This document shows positions 59,084 to 64,000 of a DNA stretch of 64,000 bases, piece after piece. A model generated the notes under the pieces. It searched no databases. It was given only the letters and a program-made list of their open reading frames with translations, and was not told the origin of the DNA. A program made the position numbers and the translations under genes. Numbering within the stretch: the stretch's first letter is position 1; each line of letters begins with the position of its first letter. Origin of the DNA: Candidatus Bathyarchaeia archaeon (GTDB taxonomy: Archaea > Thermoproteota > Bathyarchaeia > 40CM-2-53-6); contig JBEKFP010000003.1 in NCBI GenBank assembly GCA_050013255.1, positions 160,001 to 224,000 on the forward strand. Reading direction: 5' to 3'.

Positions 59084-59698
59084 TCACAGTTTAGTAGCGA
59101 TTTTCTCGATGAAGTTCTCAAGGATTCGCTTGCCTGCCAAGTTCTCTTCGTTCCATCTCTCTGGGTGGAATTGTACGCCGTACAAGGGTTTCTGCTCATG
59201 CTTCATCGCCTCATTTTTCGTATCTTTGGATCTCGCAATTCGCACGAAACCCGGTGGCAGGCGCTTCACTACCTCATAGTGACTTTGCATCACCCTGATC
59301 TTTGCTGGCAACCCCGCCAAGAGGTGATCCTTGTCTTCGAGTTCAACCGTCCGAAAGCCATCAACATGATGGCCTGACTTTGCCACTTCACCACCATAAG
59401 CGATTGCCAGCGCCTGATGGCCGCCGCATATTCCCAATGTCGGGGTCTCGATTTTGGGAAGGAAGGCGAAGAGATTCTCGAATTCCTTCCGGTCGGCTGT
59501 TCGCGTGAACAATGCTTCTGTGCCGCTGAGTATGATGCCGTCGTAGCTGGTGAGTTGGGATGGGTCAAGGTCGGGTAATCTTGCATGGTCAGAAATTGAG
59601 ACTTCTACACCAAGCGTCTTGACTCTCGTTACGAGTTTGTTGAAACTTAGCTTACGTTTAGGGCCAAGGAAGAGGTTCACGACTAGGATCTGCTTCAT
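59084..59698 (-). CDS. Class I glutamine amidotransferase (GMP synthase subunit A-like)
   Basis: GIILSG, LGICGGHQ, SH, GVQFHPE. Confidence 0.88.
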   Translation of the reverse strand: MKQILVVNLFLGPKRKLSFNKLVTRVKTLGVEVSISDHARLPDLDPSQLTSYDGIILSGTEALFTRTADRKEFENLFAFLPKIETPTLGICGGHQALAIAYGGEVAKSGHHVDGFRTVELEDKDHLLAGLPAKIRVMQSHYEVVKRLPPGFVRIARSKDTKNEAMKHEQKPLYGVQFHPERWNEENLAGKRILENFIEKIATKL

Positions 59699-59709
59699 CC
59701 GTCACAGCA

Positions 59710-60083
59710 CCAGGGATTTGTCTCGGGGGCATTTCCATGCGCGTGCATTTTGGTGTTGCGTCTATCGGTTCTGTCAAGTCTTCGCCTGCTTGACTCATCC
59801 GCATCGACTTTGGGCGTTACCGTCAGTCGCGGGCTACCCTACCATCGCTTCACTTGCAGACGCGACGGCCCCGAACCTCAGGGCTCTCATCCGGCATCCA
59901 CCGGATCAGCTAGACCATTCGCGCAGTCAGGGTTTTACGCTCGGTCAAAGCAGCCAGTTACCCAACATCGGCCCAGTCGGCTAATTCGGGCGAAAGCCCA
60001 TATACCGCCGTTGACTCGGCTTCATCGACTGATGACTTGCATGCGTTGATCCAGGAGGCAATGGCCCCTTGAGCAAATCTTGG
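59710..60083 (-). ncRNA. Candidate large structured RNA of unknown family
   Basis: Long terminal pairing, multiple hairpins with minus-strand G-U pairs, K-turn, loop-loop complementarity; no credible CDS. Confidence 0.5.
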
Positions 60084-60212
60084 ATGAGAGCAACGTGCAT
60101 TAGTTCAAAACCTCTGCATTTTTCATCAATGTGAAGAGAACCTAGTGAAATTATGTGTACCAAAACATAAATTTACAGGCATTCCACACTGTGGGACTGA
60201 GGACACTAAAAA

Positions 60213-60464
60213 ATGCCACTCTACATGGACATACATTACAAGATTACCGGGCTTACGGCGGAGGCGATTATGGCCGCACATGCAAAGGATCTTCAGGTTC
60301 AGGGAAAATACGGAGTGAAATATCTGAAGTACTGGTTCGACGAGTCGACGGGCAAAGCGTTTTGTATGATCGATGCCCCCAACAAAGAAGCCGCCGCAGC
60401 AGTCCACCGAGAGGCACATGGTCTCGTTGCGGACGAGATCGTTGAGGTTAAAGAAGGCGCCTAG
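60213..60464 (+). CDS. DUF4242 / SCO4226-like protein
   Basis: MPLYMDIH, AH.KDL.VQ, YW.DE..GK.FC, VHREAHG. Confidence 0.88.
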   Translation: MPLYMDIHYKITGLTAEAIMAAHAKDLQVQGKYGVKYLKYWFDESTGKAFCMIDAPNKEAAAAVHREAHGLVADEIVEVKEGA

Positions 60465-60500
60465 GCGTCGGGCCGTCTATCGTCGAGTAACAGGCCCGCA

Positions 60501-61367
60501 ATGAAGAAAGACCTTCAAGTTTGGTTTGCTCTATTCGTAATCATGACATTTTTCGCTGCTAACAGCGTAATAACAAGATACCTTGTCTTGCTAGGCCGAG
60601 TCTCACCTTTTCTCCTTACCGTAATCAGGTTCGTTAGCGGACTAGCCACCCTCTTGATCCTTCCATCTGTGCGGCCGACGATCTTCCATCATGATAAGCC
60701 GAACGTCTCCTACCTGCCTGGCGCATTCTTCTTGGGGGCGTACGCGTTTTCGATATCTTACGGATACGTTTTCATATCCGTAGCCGCGGGAACCTTCATC
60801 TTCTATACCTTCGTAGTACTAGCAATGACCACCTATTCTGTGCTAGTAGACAAGGAACAGCTGACACCGCGTTTAGTCTTGGGACAGCTCCTAGGCATAG
60901 CCGGGGTCCTGGTCATAACTTTCGGCAAGATAAGCTCTGTTACTCTGCTTGGCGTCCTTCTGATGGCCGGGACCGGCGTATCGTGGGGATTGTATTCCGC
61001 ATATGGCAAGAATTTCACGGTAACGTTCAGCTACACGTACAATAGTTTCCTGATTTTGGGAACATTCGCCATTATTAGTTCGGTAGCGCTTCCACTTCTA
61101 GGTCAGCCGATTTCCACCAACATTTCCATTCCGAACCTTGGACTAGCGTTGTACATGGGCATGATCAGCACGGCGCTCAGCTATGTTCTGTGGAACGCCA
61201 CAGTGAAAAAAATACCTGCATCCCTCGGAGGACTTGTCCAACTCGTTGTCCCTGTTCTGGCTCCAGCCATGGGAATAATTTTCTTACGTGAACAAGTAAC
61301 CACATCGCTAATGGTCGGCGGCGCTCTGGTCCTCGTTGCAATCTACCTGGTGGGATCAAAACGTTAA
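60501..61367 (+). CDS. EamA/DMT transporter
   Basis: FAANS, SWG.YS..GK, QL.VPV, about 10 TM. Confidence 0.88.
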   Translation: MKKDLQVWFALFVIMTFFAANSVITRYLVLLGRVSPFLLTVIRFVSGLATLLILPSVRPTIFHHDKPNVSYLPGAFFLGAYAFSISYGYVFISVAAGTFIFYTFVVLAMTTYSVLVDKEQLTPRLVLGQLLGIAGVLVITFGKISSVTLLGVLLMAGTGVSWGLYSAYGKNFTVTFSYTYNSFLILGTFAIISSVALPLLGQPISTNISIPNLGLALYMGMISTALSYVLWNATVKKIPASLGGLVQLVVPVLAPAMGIIFLREQVTTSLMVGGALVLVAIYLVGSKR

Positions 61368-61455
61368 GCTGTACTTCCAGGCTAGAATCAGCAACCAATT
61401 TTCTGACATCGCTCCAACACGCCGTTACTGTTCAGCAGGTTTAGTCGTTTTTCGA

Positions 61456-61553
61456 GTGTGTGATACTAGTGGTGCGACCGTCGTAATTTGAACCGTCGTT
61501 CAGGTCGTCCTTGTGTGTGTGGTATCAGTGGTGCGAGCACCCAAATTTGAACC
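61456..61553. repeat. Tandem pair of tRNA-3'-end-like repeats (left of marC)
   Basis: Cores TGGTGCG-N9-ATTTGAACC at 61470-61494 and 61529-61553, each preceded by GTGTGTG. Confidence 0.85.
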
Positions 61554-61569
61554 ACCAGACATAAGGGGG

Positions 61570-62241
61570 CTATGGGAGTGTGATGCCGAATACACCTACG
61601 GCTCCTCGTATGAGGAATGAGATGCCAATGGCTCCCATAAGTATGTCCATGACTTTTCCAGTTATTACCATGACTGATGGCTTCAGGACTTTCATGAGTC
61701 TACTGCTCAAACTGAACAGTAACCAAACGATCACGCAGTCAACCACAATCGCGACTGCCATGCTGAAATCCATCCACCCCTTCGCGGCTCCATACTGAGG
61801 ATTGTTGAGTACCATAACTGTCGCAATCGCCCCTGGTCCAGCCAATAGTGGAATAGCCAACGGGAAAACGGCTATACTGTCAGTAACGCCACTTGACAGG
61901 GTGCGCCCCCTCCTCCTGTATAGGGATTTGGCCGCGCTCTGGACTTCGGATGAGGCGACATCTTTGACCGCGAAGACGAGAATGAATACGCCTCCCGCGA
62001 TCATCACGGAATTGAGAGTGATTTGGAGGGCGCCTAGGATTGCGTCGCCCAAGTACGCGAACACCAACAGTACCGCTATGGCGACTGTAATCGTCTTCCT
62101 GGCAATCGCAGCCTTCCGTTCCCCTGTGGCCCCAGCTGTAAGCCCCTGAAAGAACGGAATAACCCCGAGTGGGTTTAGGATGACGAATAGTGTAATCAGG
62201 GATTCGGTAAGGTCCTGCAGAAAGCCGGTCGAGAATGACAA
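61570..62241 (-). CDS. marC: MarC family membrane protein
   Basis: LF.ILNPLG, IAGG, PLAIPLLAGPGAIAT. Confidence 0.92.
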   Translation of the reverse strand: MSFSTGFLQDLTESLITLFVILNPLGVIPFFQGLTAGATGERKAAIARKTITVAIAVLLVFAYLGDAILGALQITLNSVMIAGGVFILVFAVKDVASSEVQSAAKSLYRRRGRTLSSGVTDSIAVFPLAIPLLAGPGAIATVMVLNNPQYGAAKGWMDFSMAVAIVVDCVIVWLLFSLSSRLMKVLKPSVMVITGKVMDILMGAIGISFLIRGAVGVFGITLP

Positions 62242-62283
62242 AACGTCAACACGCCTACCGTAATGCGCTCGGGGCTACCTAAA

Positions 62284-62400
62284 TGTGTGTGTAGGTAGTG
62301 ATGGTGCGGGCGCCGTAAATTGAACCGTCGTTCGTCGTCAAAAAAATGTGTGTGTGGGTCTTATGGTGCGAGCATCGCAAATTGAACCGTCGTCGTTCGT
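62284..62400. repeat. Tandem pair of tRNA-3'-end-like repeats (right of marC)
   Basis: Cores TGGTGCG-N9-AATTGAACC at 62302-62326 and 62364-62388, flanked by TGTGTGTG and GTCGT. Confidence 0.85.
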
Positions 62401-62963
62401 CCGTCAGGATGGAATAGTTAGAATGGCCTTCGTAAGAAGGAGTGCGGGTATGCTGGTGCGCGCACACACACTGCCTCATCGTCGAGCTGAAGGAACCACG
62501 CCCCCGCCGTCCGTAACTAACTAATGACCCCTCTCTGAAAAAGGGCATGAAGAAGTACTAACTCTAACGTCGCCTCTAGTCTGCGTTTCCACGTATCGTG
62601 AATTTCTTCGAGTGAGTTTGTCAGTCTACGACCTGGACCGTAACACTTTTCGTTGATAATGATTTAGGAGCCTTCTGATTAGGGCCAAGTCTTGTTCAAT
62701 TCTTGGTAGATTCTGTTTTAGAATTGGTTCCGTCATCGCCCTGGCCGGGGCTCGGGACTTGTTAGCAATTGGCACAGAGTCAGGTTCTTTCTCAAAAGTT
62801 TTCTGGCCTGAAGGTCACTTATTCAACTGTAGAGAGGCCTGGTAGGCGAGGCAGGCGCGTTGACCCTCGCCTGCGAGATACATTCTGTATATTGGCAACC
62901 ATTAAACCGACTTGACGTTGTACTCTGTTCTATACCGATACGAAGGAAGGGTGATTTCAACCA

Positions 62964-63164
62964 TTGAGCCACCAGTGTAAATTGTGTCACCCACCTAAGA
63001 TATTTCGATCAATCGACCGACTGCATGAACATCATTGGACGACTCATCGACGATGGTGCTGCAATGTTTGTCATCATTTGAGTCGACTTCACTCAGGATT
63101 TCATGGTTGTGCAGTCTGTGGTTGCAGATACTCGAAGAAACAGCAAGAGCGCCTTCGTGACTAG
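62964..63164 (+). CDS. Small Cys/His-rich zinc-finger protein
   Basis: CKLC..F.S...L.EH...TH plus CCNVC and CAVCGC; GGGTGA RBS. Confidence 0.6.
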   Translation: MSHQCKLCHPPKIFRSIDRLHEHHWTTHRRWCCNVCHHLSRLHSGFHGCAVCGCRYSKKQQERLRD

Positions 63165-63236
63165 AACTCTTTCAGGGCTTCGGAAGTTGCTTATTCGAGT
63201 GTGAGTGCTATGTTGTATCTGAGAGGTGACTAATGT

Positions 63237-63353
63237 ATGGCAAAGCAGAGTAGGGGAGCTAAGAAAGCGTGGACGGCTGCTAGAGATAAGAAGGTGTCGA
63301 AAGCACGCGAGAAGAAGAAGGAACGAAAAGCCGCCCTTTCCACGTATCACTAG
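63237..63353 (+). CDS. 38-aa highly basic protein
   Basis: MAKQSRGAKKAWTAARDKKVSKAREKKKERKAALSTYH*; GAGGTGA RBS. Confidence 0.5.
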   Translation: MAKQSRGAKKAWTAARDKKVSKAREKKKERKAALSTYH

Positions 63354-64000
63354 GAACGCTGTTCTGACGTAGCGGGACGCTTGTGAGGATCACGGGAATA
63401 GCCTATTCAAGGCAGCAATCATTCCTATCATGGTGTCTGCTCGTCAAAGGTGACTTGGATGAGAACTTGCCCTAAGTGCGGTCACGAGATAAATGGAAGA
63501 GTTTGTGTTGTTAAAGACTGTACTTGTGACTGTTACTATGGTTTGAAACAACCCTAAGCCGATGAGAATTTTGAACCGTCGATCTCGTGTGTGATTTCAT
63601 GATTTTGTGATTTTGTCTACGTGTGGGGGGGTAAGGGTGGTTGGGTCTGGGAGAATGTGTTGTTGTGCGCACCATTAGACAATGCCTACTACTCAAAGCC
63701 ATCCAGGAAAGAGCAACCTGACAATTTGCCGCCAGAGGAAGAAGGTGAAGCCCAGAAACAATATTGTCACAATTGTAAATGATACATTCATTCGCTTGTA
63801 TTCAGCCCGCTCACGGAGAAAGCCTCTATGTGAAATTTTAATTGTACACACAGTAAACGATCATAGGTCTGTGATTTTATGAGTCTTCCGAATTTTCCCG
63901 AAAAGATGGAAGGTAGCCTTTTCTTCAGGGAAATAATGCCTCAGTTTCTTCCTGAATACAATCCGTTTAAACTTGCTATGCTTGGTTTGATTGTTGAAAA

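Noticed and set aside
59710-60083. RNase P, SRP RNA, tmRNA or hammerhead ribozyme
   Set aside because: No GAGGAAAGUCC/GGCUUA P4, no SRP helix-8 motif, no T-loop/CCA/tag frame; CTGATGA at 60029 lacks a formable stem I
61470-62388. Functional tRNA genes or dif sites
   Set aside because: No 5' half, anticodon arm or pairable T-stem; only GGTGCG matches dif and there is no XerD-like arm
61456-62400. CRISPR array (about 60-bp period, ATTGAAC ending)
   Set aside because: Repeat centres vary while the would-be spacers resemble each other; only pairs; no cas genes

Overview
Archaeal chromosomal window. A TACK/Bathyarchaeia-like origin is inferred from the gins-mcm operon, Hel308, RFC-S/L, Orc1/Cdc6, a Cren7-like protein and very frequent TTG starts. 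It holds a replication gene cluster (26.8-37.0 kb), several transporters (ECF, ABC-2, polar amino-acid ABC, Dpp/Opp, MFS, EamA, QueT, P1B-ATPase) and housekeeping enzymes. No rRNA, complete tRNA, CRISPR array or transposase was recognised. The most unusual signals are: (1) ~60-bp repeats whose 25-bp core mirrors the T-loop-to-CCA end of a tRNA, arranged as tandem pairs on both sides of a single marC gene at the edge of a low-coding, element-like region (candidate att-site/gene-cassette array); (2) a ~370-nt highly structured non-coding segment with a K-turn and pseudoknot candidates upstream of a glutamine amidotransferase; (3) a DoxD + Tat-Rieske + cytochrome-b-like/Rieske fusion + C2H2 zinc-finger redox cluster with a shared promoter motif; (4) an anti-SD-containing leader before queT; (5) two adjacent genes that appear to need ATA and CTG starts; (6) several orphan 3'-terminal gene fragments in intergenic spaces. 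All family assignments come from motif recognition by eye; no searches were run.
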